A stretch of 63,629 nt of DNA, the filler included, from Intoshia linei (lineage: Eukaryota > Animalia > Orthonectida), in the NCBI GenBank assembly GCA_001642005.1. It is 4 parts of 4 records of this genome, joined end to end, with 100 filler letters (N's around TTAATTAATTAA, not from the genome) between each part and the next. Parts side by side here need not be neighbours in the genome. Positions count along the whole stretch, not along the records: positions 1 to 25,673 come from LWCA01000493.1; 3 more parts are not named here. One strand, written 5' to 3'. Below are positions 11,428 through 25,017 of the stretch, piece after piece. Below the pieces are notes generated by a model. The model did not search any database. It saw nothing but the letters and a program-made list of their open reading frames with translations, and had not been told where the DNA came from. Numbering within the stretch: position 1 is the first letter of the stretch; the number at the start of each line of letters is the position of its first letter. A program made the position numbers and the translations under genes.

Positions 11428-14400
11428 TTAAGGTTTCTTGTGAATAAAGTTTTTGTACTCCAAAAGATTACTAAAACTTATGTAATATAAATAAAATATT
11501 TACATACCACATGCTCTTTATTTTACAGGCTCTGATAGTCAATATTTTATGAGAATTTAGCTGGGAAGTTATATTCATTATTTCTCGAATTTGTGGATTG
11601 TAATGGTTCTAAATTTTATTTTTTATCATAACATCAATGATTTTAAATCATTAATACCTGTAATAAATTCAGTTCCCACATATGGGATCTTTCAAATTTT
11701 TTTTTGATTGCTTCAAGGCTAACATCTCCGTATTGTGTATATCCGCTTTTCAATGAATTTTCCAGAATCAAATGGGCTCTAGATTCCATCTATTTAAAAA
11801 GAAAATAATTTTATAAATAGTATATTATATTACTTTTATAATTTTATTAATCATAAACATGACCAGTAAACTAGATTCTGTATTTGGTAGTAAAGTTAAT
11901 GAGCATAATTCCTCCAAGATTTGTAAGAGATAAGATGAGGACATCTAGATGTGAATTGTAGACATTTATATTATTATATACAGATTTATTATGGTTTTCA
12001 ACTAGAATTTCGATGGATTGTAAGGTACTTAATAAATCACTGCTTGAATCTAAATTTAAAAATTAAATTTCTAATAATAATATATATAACAATTTTATCA
12101 AAAATTACTTGACTTAATCAATACATTGTATAAATGGCTATAGAATTTTATGGGTTCTATACATAAAACACCAGAATTTTGAGTTAATATAGCAAAAATC
12201 AACTTTAAGCATATTGGACCGTTGTTGATAGGCTATTTAAAAATTAATATATACCATGCACCGAAAAGTGATGGTTAAATTGAAATTTCAATTAACATTT
12301 CAGTATCGGACAAGGGATGTCAATCATGCTTAAACTTTTTATTTCTCGCAAATCTCGAATAAATGTAAAAATTTAAAAGCAAAGTAAAAATGGAATACCA
12401 TAATAAAATCATTGTATATGTAAGCCTATTATTTAAAAAATCTAAGAGTACATTTCAGTGAGTAGTGTATCATTATTTAAACCTTCACTATCAAAAACAT
12501 ATAACTAGATTGTGCCATATAATTGTCATAATATAAGAAAATATTAAATTACGTTTAAAATAATAAAATTTTCCATCAATTCCAGTAGAGGGTTTATAAA
12601 CTTTATGTCAAATCTGTCCACTATTCTAAAATTATATTTAAACGCTACAGAATATAGAATGTCTAAGGAACAAAAAGTACAAATATAAATTTCAAATAAA
12701 ATTTATATAAAAATGTCAACCTTTCCAACGCATCCCAAATTAAGAAAAAAAGTTGTAAAAGTCCCACTAATAATAATTCGTTTTACTTCAGTTATCAAAA
12801 TTTTTAGAATCGAAATCGTCTCATAACTATTTAATTTTTTTAAAGATAAAAATCGAAATTATTAGACATTAAAACAAATTTTATTGTAATATTAAAATTC
12901 CCATAATTAAATAAAAATTAGAAAATACAAATGTATCAACACACTCTTTGTATAACATTAAACACCGCCTTTCACCGTACAACATTGCCGAAATGACCAT
13001 ACCGAGACCCCTCTTCGAGGCCTAGAGAAATTTTGGTAAAATGGAGCCATCGTTTTGCCCAATTGTGTATTAAAAAAATATACTCTTAAATATATTTAAC
13101 TATTGTGTGTATCCAATTGAAAATGTCAAGTCAAAAGCGTTGACGAGGGGTTAAGACACTACAAAACATTTACAAACAAGTTTGCATTGTGGTCTATTTT
13201 TTATTGTAGACGTTTCTACGGTCTTTATTTAATACTGTTCGTTCAACATTTTTTACTACACACTTAACTCTCAATCGACTCTTGTGCCAATCCCACAAGA
13301 GTAAAAATTTTATATTAATATGTGCGACCTGCTAAACATAAAGTATATTATTTAAAACGCTAAATATTAAAAGGTTTCGTAGTACAAAATTATAAAAAAA
13401 CATTGTGCCAACATTTTATTTAATTTAGGATAAAATGGATATTTTTAAAACAGAAAAGATTGACAATACCTATTTATTCCGACAAGTGTAGTAGATATGG
13501 TCTTACAATCCTTTGCGTTGACATTTTTTAATATTTTAAAATACAAATAAACAAGAGCATCCAATGTATCTGAAGCCTAAAATGGAAACATTAATTATAA
13601 ACACATATACAAAAAATTGACAGACTTTTGGTCAGTCCACCGCCCTTGTTCCACATTAAATTAACGTTGAAAAATTACTGGAAAAGCTTAATAACGTTTA
13701 CTGTCATTTTAATCGCAATATTTAATACCTGGTTGCGAATAATATGTATAAAGCTTTAAACAACTTCCTAATCCAATTTTACCAACGCTTAATGGAAAAA
13801 CATCATTTTCGAATATTTTTTTGAAAAAATCAGATTTGACCAAATTTTATAAGCAATAACATCCTAATCCAATACAAAAAATCCAATTTTACCAACGCTT
13901 AATGGAAAAACATCATTTTCGAATATTTTTTTGAAAAATCAGATTTGACCAAATCTTATGAGAAACAACATCCTAATCCAATTTTAAAACCCTTAATGGA
14001 AAAACCACTATTTTCCAATATTTTTTTAAAAAACACGATTTTACCAAATCGTATCAGAAAAAAAGATTGTTTTCATAAATATTTCATATTTCCTATAAAG
14101 CCCAAAAAAAGTAAATATTTTGAAATGGGGGTTCGTACACTATTTGAATCGGAAACACTGATCTAATTTTCTAATTATACCAATAAATTCGTGAAATTTG
14201 CCGTGCCCCACTGGTGGGACCTATCACTAATTAGGAGACACTGCAATATACACTTCTATCCGATTTTAAACAGTTAAATAAACAATACTTTTATTTTTTC
14301 GTTCATTTCGAATTTGCTAAATTTAGGTATGATCTGCGTCGATAAAATGAAAATAGAAAATCAGAACATTTCTCACTTTATCTATCACTTTACCATCCAT

Positions 14401-16224
14401 GGTCCACCGAGTTGAACCCAAAAATAAAAATTGCACTGTTCAATTCAATTCAATACTTAAATATGTATTTATAACATGTTTTTTGGATAAAACGTTACAT
14501 ATTCCAGATAAAAATGAATAAAAAAATAAAATGTAATTTAAAATAATAATAACCATTTTATGCGAATTTTTAAATTTAAGTGCTCCAGCAATTTCAAGTT
14601 CGCGATTCAATTGTTTCATTTTTCTTTCTCTCTAAAATAGTAAAACCTCTAAATAAAAAAAACATAATACAATTTGTTCCTTTTTAGTTAATTTCATTTT
14701 CTTTTTTTTAGCAACGTCCCTAAATCGAGCATTTTCTTTTTTAATAGATAAAATAGTGTTTATAATCTAATATCATGTATTGAATTAATGGTAAAATATA
14801 TTGAAAGGTACCTCTGGATCAGGAATTTGATAATTGAGACGTTTCAAAAAATTACTAATTTGTACTGTCAGCTAAGAGTAAAATAAAACTGAATAGATAA
14901 TTTAATTATTTATAAATAAATACCATATATGTAATGAATCCATCATTATCTAATGAAAATAATTTTTCAATCTGTAAACACACTTCATGGCGAACCTGTA
15001 AAAACCAAAATAATTACACATTATATAAAATATATTGTGGCGAATAGTAACCTTTTTCTTGGACATTGCCTTTTTAAAAAATACACCAATAAGAGGTTTC
15101 TTCCAATTATATGATGACATTTTAGTAATGATTAATTGTCCCAAACATTTAATACAACATACTTGAAGTAACTAGTTGAAATTATACTTTATTTGAAATT
15201 TTACATGATAGGGTAAAAATGAATCATAAAAAATTAAATACATAAATACCTCAATATAAATCAAGTTTTTGTTGTATTTGTCTAAAAATAAATACTATAA
15301 AAAGCAATCAAAATTTCTACATTGAACAATATATTCCAATATATCCAAGTAATCTTTTAAACATTTAGACAGAGTTTTCTCATATTGATGGCGTTCTTTA
15401 ACTTTTTTAGACAGCTATTAATAAATGTATGAATATAAGCATATAAACTATTTCTTCGGTGTCAATGCTAATTTTATATTCTGGTAAAATTTCACAAAAA
15501 ATTTGTAAAAGCGAATACAATATCAGTTCAATTTTTTTGAAAGAATCACGATTAAGTATAGAACAATTTTCTTTTAGACAGTATTCCAAAATTTTGAAAA
15601 ATTTGGATAATTTCGGAATCTAATTTCAAAAAAAATAATAAAATAAATAAAACATGAAAAATCCATTACATTAACATGAGGATCTTGAACAACCAATGTG
15701 CTCAATTTGGCGATAAAATACTGAAAGTTTGCAGAATGTAAGTCAATAATTTGCAATATATTTTTATTCTCTGGTTCGTTCGTGCGGAGACTTTTAATAG
15801 GAATTGTATCTAAAATTTTAAAATGACATTTTTATAATTTTTGATACATGATAGACTAGTTTATTAAAATTGAATTTTATACAATCGGTTAATTTAGCTA
15901 ATTCTGCAGTACGTTTAATTTTATGCACACCATATATAAGATTATTTTGCTTTTTTATAGGTAAGGATTGAACAATTTCTTCTAAATGTTATATTTATCG
16001 TGGTTTTTATGTTTTTGTAAGATATTTTCATGTTAGTATAAACATAAAAATGTTATACAAATTTTGCAAGTACAATTAAATTTACAAAAAAAGGAAATTT
16101 TTAAAATCAATTTATGAATTCAAATAAATTCGTTTGCTAAAAATTTTTCAACCTAGTCAGAATAATTTCCATCAAAAGTACGATATATAGTTATATTTTA
16201 TAAATATATACCTTCAACTTGCAT
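11428..16224 (-). CDS. NOC3L: Nucleolar complex protein 3 homolog
   Basis: Exons encode IAKLSTLVVQDPHVN, LLQIFCEILPEYKI, RELEIAGA, YFRIVDRF, IFAILTQNSGVLCIEPIKFYSHL and MWELNLLQNHYNPQIRE, collinear with NOC3 motifs (IDPxKFYxHL, LWELxxLxxHYHP). The start codon is tentative. Confidence 0.8.
13765..14160 (-). repeat. Dispersed repeat family D with ~100-110 bp internal tandem units
   Basis: atccaattttaccaacgcttaatggaaaaacatcattttcgaatat at 13771 and 13881, degenerate at ~13975. The reverse complement resembles 17340-17680 and 62335-62530. Confidence 0.75.
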
Positions 16225-16357
16225 AATTGTAATGAGCGTTAATAAAAATATTTTTTAAATAATAGATTTAAACTTTATTTATATTATATATTTTGTTAAT
16301 TTCAAATATACATGTTTTAATTCAATTTTGAACATTAAAACTTAAATTTTAACGAAA

Positions 16358-19300
16358 ATGAGTGAAATTCAAATCATACCATTGGGTAAAGTTGTTTGTT
16401 TTTCATATTGACATTTATTTAGGTGCTGGACAAGGTATTTTTCACTTGAAAACAATATGATAACATGTAATAAAAATAATGTAGATGTTGGAAAAAGTTG
16501 TATTTTAATATCCATTGATAAGTATAATATTATGTTGGATTGTGGAATGCATATGGGATATGATGATGAAGTAATTTATTTATAATACAAATAAATATTA
16601 ATTTTATACAATTTATATTTTGGAAATCTCAAACGTTTCTTTATAGGGATGTACCTAGTCTATTTATTGGCGTGGGATAATGAATTTTTAATCATCTGAA
16701 GCTAAAGTAGTTTTGAATTAGAATAGTCTGGTCGACTTTTTCGAGTCATTTTTAGGTTTAGGATTAAAATTTTTTTAAATCTAAATTAAAAAATGGGGTT
16801 TTAAAAAAAATGACTTGAATCACATATTCATGACTAACAACGTAAATGAATGTAACTATAATTTTTTCTATTTAGTAAAACGTACATTCAAGTACAGTTT
16901 AAGACTTTAAATTGACATTTGACATACTTTACTTTTATATTTTAGTTTAAAAATCATTTAAGGTACATTTTCATGAATGTTATGATTAGATACGAAAAAA
17001 TTTACGTAATTTTAACTAATCTTACTTTTTATTAAGACGCCCAGGGTTATACGGAGCCCTTAATTAAGTTCTCTGTATACGAAGATTTTTATTAATTGTT
17101 TTATTTTAGCGTAGATTTCCTGATTTTAGTTACATAACCAAAAATACAACACTTACTGAAGCAATTGATTGTGTTTTAATTAGGTACATACATATTTAGT
17201 TTTTATATACGTATTAAAAATTTGTTATTACCGGCTAATACTTATTTAACGAAATTTCTTTATAACTGAATTTCTAATTAACGGAAAAAATTCCTGATTA
17301 ATGGACTGTATTTTTCTAAAGTACAAAAATTCCGTGAAATTTCAAATTTCAAAATATTTATTGTTTTGGACCCCAAGGGAAACATGAAATATAAAACATT
17401 GATGAAAAAATGAAAGGTTTCTCATCATAACAATACAATCAAAACAACATCAAAACAATATTGGAAAAAGAGGATTTTTTTACTGACGGTTAGTAAAATT
17501 TTATTTTTTATTTTAGGGTTTAGATGAGGAAGTTGTTGCTCATAAGATTTAGTAAAATCGAATTTTTCAAAATAATATTGAAAAAGAGGATATTTCCCTT
17601 AAGCGTTGGTAATATTGGAGTTTTATTTTTAGTTGGAATAAGAGGTTTTTCTCATAAGATTTGGTAAAATTTGATTTTTTATTTTGTTGTTTAATTAAGT
17701 GGATTTTTTATTAAATTTTATTAATGGTAGATAAAAGTGGGATTTTTTTTAATAATAATGTAAGGATTGTCTAGGCTGTGGGACAATTAACATCTAGAAA
17801 CTTTGTAATAAATATTAAAAATTCTTCTATCAAAATAAAAAAAAGTTGAAAATTTTTCTATATTTTATTTGAATTTCACGGACCGAGGCATATAATTTTG
17901 GACCCCAATCGGGAACCACTGTTTTAATGTATACATAATTTATAAAAAATTTCGTTAACTTAGAATTAGCCTGTATTGACAAAGTTAAAAGGCAGGTGTT
18001 TGTAATTTTTTTTATTAGGGCCACATTTTATCAATATAAAATAATTATGAACCATCTATCGCGAGCAAAATTTTCAGGTTGATTTTATTTTTAGAGAATT
18101 TATGAATTTACATTTTTTAAACAAAGTTGAAACATTTAATTATTATTAATTTTAAAATTAATAAATATTCGGCGGGTTTCAAATATTTTTGAAAGAACCA
18201 CAAAATGACTCGCGCGACACAGATTAATAATCACTATTATGTTTACTTTAGGAATTTTTTATTGAAATACTCGCTTCGTTTCATACGTTAAAACAATATA
18301 TTTTATTATGTTATCAATAGTATTACTTTTTTCTATCAGTACCCTGCAGTTTAGTAAAAAAATACAATGTAGTTTATAATCTACATTATATATAATATGT
18401 TTTAAGAAAATTTTTCATTAGTTTAGAGTTTAAAGTTCGGAAATATTGAAACTTTAGGTTACTTTGTATAAATATTTAATTTTAGTCATTTTCATTTGGA
18501 TCATTGTGGAGCACTAGCGTACATGTCGGAAATTGTAGGCTACAATGGACCAATATACATGTCATACCCTACGAAGGCTATTGTCCCGATTATGCTGGTT
18601 AGTTTTTACAAAGATAAATTTTTAAATACAATTTTATACTAAAGGGCGAACATTTATTTGACCAATGTATTGTTAGAGCGATACGTCTTAGTACAACATA
18701 ATTATCGATTTTGTTAATTAATCATATTATTCATTTTTTGAATAATTTTTGATGGTTTCTTTAAGGCAAAATTTTTTACCCCAATTTTTATAGATTTTGA
18801 AGATAATTTTGGTATGGTTTTTAAGGAAATTTTTTGACCCAATTTTTAGAGATTTCAAAGTTGTTTTTGGTAACAAAATTTCGTCGGGTTTTAAGAAAAA
18901 TCTTTTTCATCCAATTTTTAAAGATTTTGAAAATAGTTTTTAGACTAAAAATTTTGTAGGGTTTTTAAGGGAATATTTTTAACATTTTAAGGGATTTCAA
19001 AATCTTTAAATATTGAGTGAAAAATTTTTGTTAAAGAAACCACAAAATTTTCATGACATAATCATGATGAATTAGTAAAATCAGTGGTTATGTCGCTCTA
19101 GAGATGTGTTTCTTAACTTTTTTTTATATTATTTTAATTGAGCATCACCGTTAGCCAGATCAATTATTTCCAGAAACCTATAGAAATAAAAAACTGATGC
19201 CTTAAAAGTCAATGTAAAAATCATTTTATTTATATTTTTTAAACCACCATATTGATATCGAACACTGAGTAAATAAACTGAGAATATAAAGAAAATTTAA

Positions 19301-21785
19301 ATTAACGGTAAATTTAAAAAAATTAAATTTTGTCCGAAATTTCAAAAAAACAAATTTCAAGTTCAAAAACTGACACCGTCAGGCCGTAACCAAAAATTGT
19401 CCTTTTTTTTAAATGAAATGAATCTTAGAATTTAAAAAAAATAAATTCTGGAACAATTTTTAAAATGATGAGAATGGTTATAAATTGAAATCTTAAAAAC
19501 TAGCACATTAACACGGTCAAAACCACAAATTATTATCAAAACCCGTTGTTTTGAAAAACTGAAATCAATTTAAACTAATAGTTCTATAATTTTTCCAATT
19601 AACACAAAATATTTAAATCGCACAATTTTACTCATTCATGGTTAAGAAGAGAGTGACATGGTGTACCGGGTGAAAAATACTGCAATAGACGGTTAAAATA
19701 ATTATAAATTATAAATTAAAAAAATTTAAATTTAGGAAGACTATCGAAAAGTGGTTGTTGATAGAACTGGAGATAAAAATTTTTTCACATCTGAACATAT
19801 AAAATCGTGTATGAAAAAAGTGATTGGTATTGGAATGCATCAAACAATATTTGTGCGATTTTTTAAATTAAAACGTGAATATATTAAAATTAGGTAAAAG
19901 ATGATTTATCAATAAAAGGATATTATGCGGGTCATGTTTTGGGTGCACTAATGTTGTTAATCAAAGTTGGAAATCAATCCGTTTTATACACTGTATTTAA
20001 TGTTGTATACATTGTTTCATATTAATCTTAGGGAGATTTCAATACAACGCCCGATCGTCATTTGGATAGAGCCTCAATTGATTTCTGTAAACCAGATGTT
20101 TTAATCACTGAATCAACATATGCTACAACTATTCGAGATTCCAAGCATTGCAGAGAAAAAGAGTTTATGAAAAAAGTACAGGAATGTATTGATAGAAGGG
20201 GAAAAGTAAATGAAATAATATATAATGTAGTAATGTTTTAGTTGCTTATTCCAGTATTTGCTCTAGGACGAGCTCAAGAGTTGTGTATTCTACTTGAGAC
20301 GTATTGGAAAAGACATAACCTAAAAGTTCCCATATTTTATAGTGGTGGTTTGACAAAAAAGGTGAGAATTTCAATTTTGGCTAGAATTTAATTTTACTTT
20401 TGAAGGCTTTCAATTTTTATTCAATTTTCATTGATTGGACGAATCAAAATATAAAAGATACTTTTACTGAACGAAACATGTTTGATTTTCAATGTATAAA
20501 GGTTTTTTGTATCAAAGTTTAAATTTTTACGATAATGTCATTAGCCTTTGGAAGAATCTGTTCTTCAAAGTTTACCTGGACCTATGGTGGTATTTGCGAC
20601 ACCAGGGATGTTGCATGCAGGATTGAGTTTGGCAATTTTTAAAATGTGGTGTGATAATCCAGATAATATGGTAATAATATGGTATATGGCTGAAATTTTA
20701 TGGAAATTTCATTTAGATTATTATGCCAGGGTTTTGTATATCAGGAACCATTGGAAATAAAATTTTAAATGGTCAACGTCAATTTGAATGTGATGGGAAA
20801 ACGGTACATTTGATCTAAAATTTTTTATTTAATTTTTAGATTGCGGTCAAGATGTCGGTTGAATACATGTCATTTAGTGCTCATGCTGATGCGCAAGGTA
20901 TAATGCAGATTATTCATCAATGTGGCGCTAAAAATGTCGTTCTCGTTCACGGGAATACCGATAAAATGAAATTTTTAAAATCAAAAATTGAACAAGAATT
21001 TAATATTCGTTGTGAAATGCCTGAGAATGGAAAATTGGTTAAATTTAAAACTAACCCTTTTATAAGTGTTATGATTCCCAAGGAAGTTGTTTACGATCAA
21101 CTTAAATGTAACCTTTTTTTAATTTCATTGCATATTTTTAGTGAATACCAAAACGGTGCAGTTGGTGTTACATCGCGCTTCAGATAATGTTTTTATTTTA
21201 ATTGTAATAATTTAATCGTAGTGTAGGTTCTTGGTGGTCAACTTAAACAATCTGAGAATTGTATTTGCCATAATAATAATAGTCAGACAATGTCTACTAT
21301 GATTACTTTACCGACTTTAATCCAATCTGAAAATCTTTCAAATTATGGCTCAACCAAATACACCAAAATGTGCCTAGATTTATTAAATATAAAGTAATTT
21401 ATATGAGTCTCTGGATCCACGTTAAAATACGGCCAATTTTTCAATTTAATTCAAATTAATATTCTTAGTTTAGTCGGTCTTATTTTCTATATTTTAGTTT
21501 ACAAAATTACATTCTATGCTACAAATGTGAAAATGTAAAATTTAGTTTTTAATTTAGTAATGAAACTATTAACTTGGTTCAAATCTCTCGTTCCAAGATT
21601 TGGATTAAAAAATTCAATATTTTTGTGGAAATAAAATTTAACCACGAACTAAAACCGTTTATTCAAATTTCTTTTCCCATTCAGGTATAAAATTATATTT
21701 CCTTGTATCAATGTTTTTATAGTATCTAAAGGAAACACTACAGCTTATTAAAGGCTTAAAATCTTGTAAATTGTATTGTAATTAA
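16358..21785 (+). CDS. INTS11: Integrator complex subunit 11 (CPSF3L), MBL/beta-CASP endonuclease
   Basis: [19 protein letters not shown]...[21 protein letters not shown]...[12 protein letters not shown]...YAGHVLGA...[11 protein letters not shown]...[12 protein letters not shown]...[13 protein letters not shown]...[10 protein letters not shown]...SFSAHAD. The INTS11-specific wording distinguishes it from CPSF73. The 3' exons are less certain. Confidence 0.95.
17330..17700 (+). repeat. Repeat family D copy
   Basis: ggaccccaagggaaacatgaaatataaaacattgatgaaaaaa is shared with 62378-62425; internal repeats of ctcataagattt(a/g)gtaaaat. Confidence 0.7.
18674..19100. mobile_element. TIR element (family B) carrying ~55-65 bp tandem repeats
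   Basis: Ends tagagcgata... and ...tgtcgctcta; internal units of cccaatttttaXagattttgaagataatttt...gggtttttaagggaa. Related copies at 58800-59256 and inside 22656-23214. Confidence 0.65.
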
Positions 21786-21844
21786 AAATAAATTTAATTG
21801 TTGGAATGTTTAATCCTTGGATATAATAATTTAAATAAGTGAAT

Positions 21845-24800
21845 ATGGAGAATCTGACAAATCAAGCAATTTCAAATATACAATCACATTCTGAAATACC
21901 CAATATTACTGAAAATGGAGAATTTGACAATTCCATTACAGAAAGTTTTAAAGAGAATCAACATATTGATTTTGAGTAAACATGAAAGTTTTTGCATTTA
22001 CCTTCTTTTAGATTGACTATTTCAGACAAACGAACTTTTAAAAATTTGTATAGCTTTGAAAAATCAATTCAAACTCTACAAACTGAAACTAATGATATTA
22101 AATATCTTAATAATACCGTAACAAAATTAATGCAAGTAATATTTTATAGCAATATCTAATACTCAACGATTTCTTGATCAATATTGTACAGTTAAATAAT
22201 AAAATGAAATACATTTAAATTTTTTTACTGTTGAATAAATTTGCATAACAAGTGTAAATAATTTTTATTTTCTAAATACTTGTCATTTATTTACGTAAAT
22301 ATTACGTTATTTTATAACAAGGTTGGGTTTTTTTGAACAAACTTTCAATAGGATTTTAACATTTTTTTAAACAAACTTGTAAAAGGTTGCTAAAATTTTT
22401 TTTACCAAACTGCAATGTCTTTAAATTTTAACTGAAGCGATAAAACAATTTTTACAAATCTAAAATCTTAACTTTATTTATTCCCAAAAAAAATTTAGTA
22501 ACCCTTTAAAAGTTTGTATAAAAAAAAATCTTAAAACCTCTCTTTGAAAGTTTAATTAAAAAATATATATATAAAATAATGTTAACAAAATTTTTTACAA
22601 AAACGACCATTTACAAATTGACGTATACTCGGCCCAAATCATGATAAATGAGATACAGTCAGACTCGTCAATAATGAATTTTTTAATATTGAATGATTTT
22701 TTGTAAAATTGTGACTACACCATTGTAAAGATTATGGAAGTTCATTATTTTATTCAAATTGTTCAAATTCATTATAATGAATTTAGAAAATATGGTTTTT
22801 AATTTTGATTTTTTTACCAAATTTGTTGGGTTTCTTTAAGAGACAATTTTTTCATCCAATTTTAAAAGAATTTGAAGATAATTTTAGGTTCAAAATTTGA
22901 TAGGGTTTTTAAGGGAAGTTTTTTAAAATATAATTTTTTACTCATTTTTAAAATATTTTGAAGATAATTTTGTAGGATTTTTAAGGGAATATTTTAATTG
23001 TCTTCAAAATCTTTAAAAATTGGGTGAAACAAAAATTAAATTGTGGGTGTAATGATTTTTATGGTTACTATTATACAAATTTATTATAATCAGATAAAAT
23101 GAACTTTATTGTTCATAAATTTCTTAAGATGTTTAATGAACATTGTTTATTAAATCACAAAAATATTTAATAAAAAATCTGACATTTAGAGTATATTATT
23201 GACGAGTCTGACTGTATAATTTTGAAATACATTTTTTTGGTAAACAACCAATTTTCAGGGCTAAAAGGTTAAATTTTTAATATTAACAAAAGGTCCAGAA
23301 AAATTAAAATTTTATCACATTAAAAGCTGAATCGTCTATATGTGACGAGTCGTTTCGGTTAAGTATTAAGGTCGACACTTAACAGATAGCTGTCTGCTGT
23401 TTTAGGAGAATTTGATCTTTAATGAGATTGCTATATATCTAAATCAATAATCATTTTAATATGTAATTAACATCTGGAATAATCTAAAAAAATGGGTTGG
23501 TAGTTTTAATAAGGTTTTTCAACCTTTCATATTTTTGGGCACATTTCAAATAATTAATTATTAATATAAAATAGAATTACATTTTTAGATTAATTTTTAA
23601 CTTTAATTTCATTTGCATTGCGCCAATTCAAATAATTATAAAACAGGTAATATTTAATATTTTCCATCACTACTATATATATTTTCTATATCTAAATTTT
23701 ATCTGAATACTGACTTGGTATAACCGAGTATTTCGTTTAAATGGATCACTTCCTGTTCAATGAACATTGTTCATGATTGTTTTCTTTTGTATATTTTAAT
23801 GTGTATGTTTTAATTTTTAATTTTGTTTTTTACATTTTAGAAAACAAAAAACTTGGAAAGTGAATTGAAGTTTACCAAATTTGTAATGATTTCAGAATTT
23901 GAAAGAAAACTTGTAGAAAATGAGGATAAATCGTAATTAAATTTTCATGGATTAACCATAATTTTTATGCTATCTGGGAATATATTCTCTATCTACCTTT
24001 TTGAATATTCGCAAATTAATCATATACACTAATTAATCTATACTCTGGGTATCTTTGTTGTTTTTGAGATAATCATTATCATAATGCGGTCAAGTTCTGT
24101 TCATGAAAAAACTTCACTTCACGTTCACCACTCCGGGTATGGCCGTTCAATACGAGTTTGATATATTAAATATCAAAATACAAAATGTATAATTAAAAAA
24201 TGTATTTATAAAATGATAATAAATCAATTTTACTTACATCAATTGTTAACTAAATTTACCATAATTAGACGAGTTAATTTAGCATCATAACTTATGATTC
24301 ATAACCTATATAATATTACTATCTATATCAGAAGTCGGCAACCTTTTGCATCTCGTGGGCAACTTTTTTATATCAAAAAATTATATAAGCACCGTTTTTG
24401 AAAATTACAAAATTTACACATAGATTTCAATTTTAACTGAAGAGAAACGTTTCTGTATATTCAACAAAATAAAATCCGAGGAGATCTGATTCAGTATTAA
24501 AATGATTTTTGTAGAAAATGTTTAAAAAGGTGTTTTAAAGTTGAAAAATGTTAAAAATAAATAATTTACATATTTACTCAAAGGACCACTAAAATTATTC
24601 TGTGGCCACTAGTTTCCAATCTTTGATCTATACGAAAAAAAATTTAAACATGCTTGTAAAATTAACTGGGTTATGTTTTTGATGAGACATAATTTTTTGT
24701 TATTTAAAAAATTCCACCTGAGGTTATAATAATAGGCCGTAAAGATGGACTAAACAGCCCATCTTTATACAGCCTACTATTATTAACTAATATGTGATTT

Positions 24801-25017
24801 TATAAATTTTTTGACTACTACTGGATTAAAGAATGGATAGGGAACTAAAAAATTGTATATACTATATACGGCCTACAATTTTTATCTAACCCGGCCACTG
24901 TTGACCATCAGGGCCCTGTTTATTTGAAGTTTTAATTACTTTATTATCAATCATGAAAAGTTTAGATATTCCGAATATATATCCAAATATGGAATGTTAT
25001 ACAAAGAAAAAAACAAG
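21845..25017 (+). CDS. Multi-exon coiled-coil protein, uncharacterised, 3' partial
   Basis: MENLTNQAISNIQSHSEIPN...FE|LTISDKRTFKNLYSFEKSIQTLQTETNDIKYLNNTVTKLMQ|KTKNLESELKFTKFVMISEFERKLVENEDKS|YSEYISKYGMLYKEKNK; splice phases are consistent. No stop found before the gap. Confidence 0.55.
22656..23214. mobile_element. pogo/Tc1-mariner-type MITE
   Basis: Perfect 15-bp TIR cagtcagactcgtca / tgacgagtctgactg, flanked by TA on both sides. Confidence 0.9.
24329..24625. mobile_element. hAT MITE
   Basis: Imperfect TIRs cagaagtcggcaac / gtttccaatctttg; 8-bp TSD atctatat / atctatac. Confidence 0.7.

Noticed and set aside
13945-14166. Short ORFs inside repeats (also 17830, 29750, 45258, 57288)
   Set aside because: They lie within MITE or Helitron sequence and have no protein motif.
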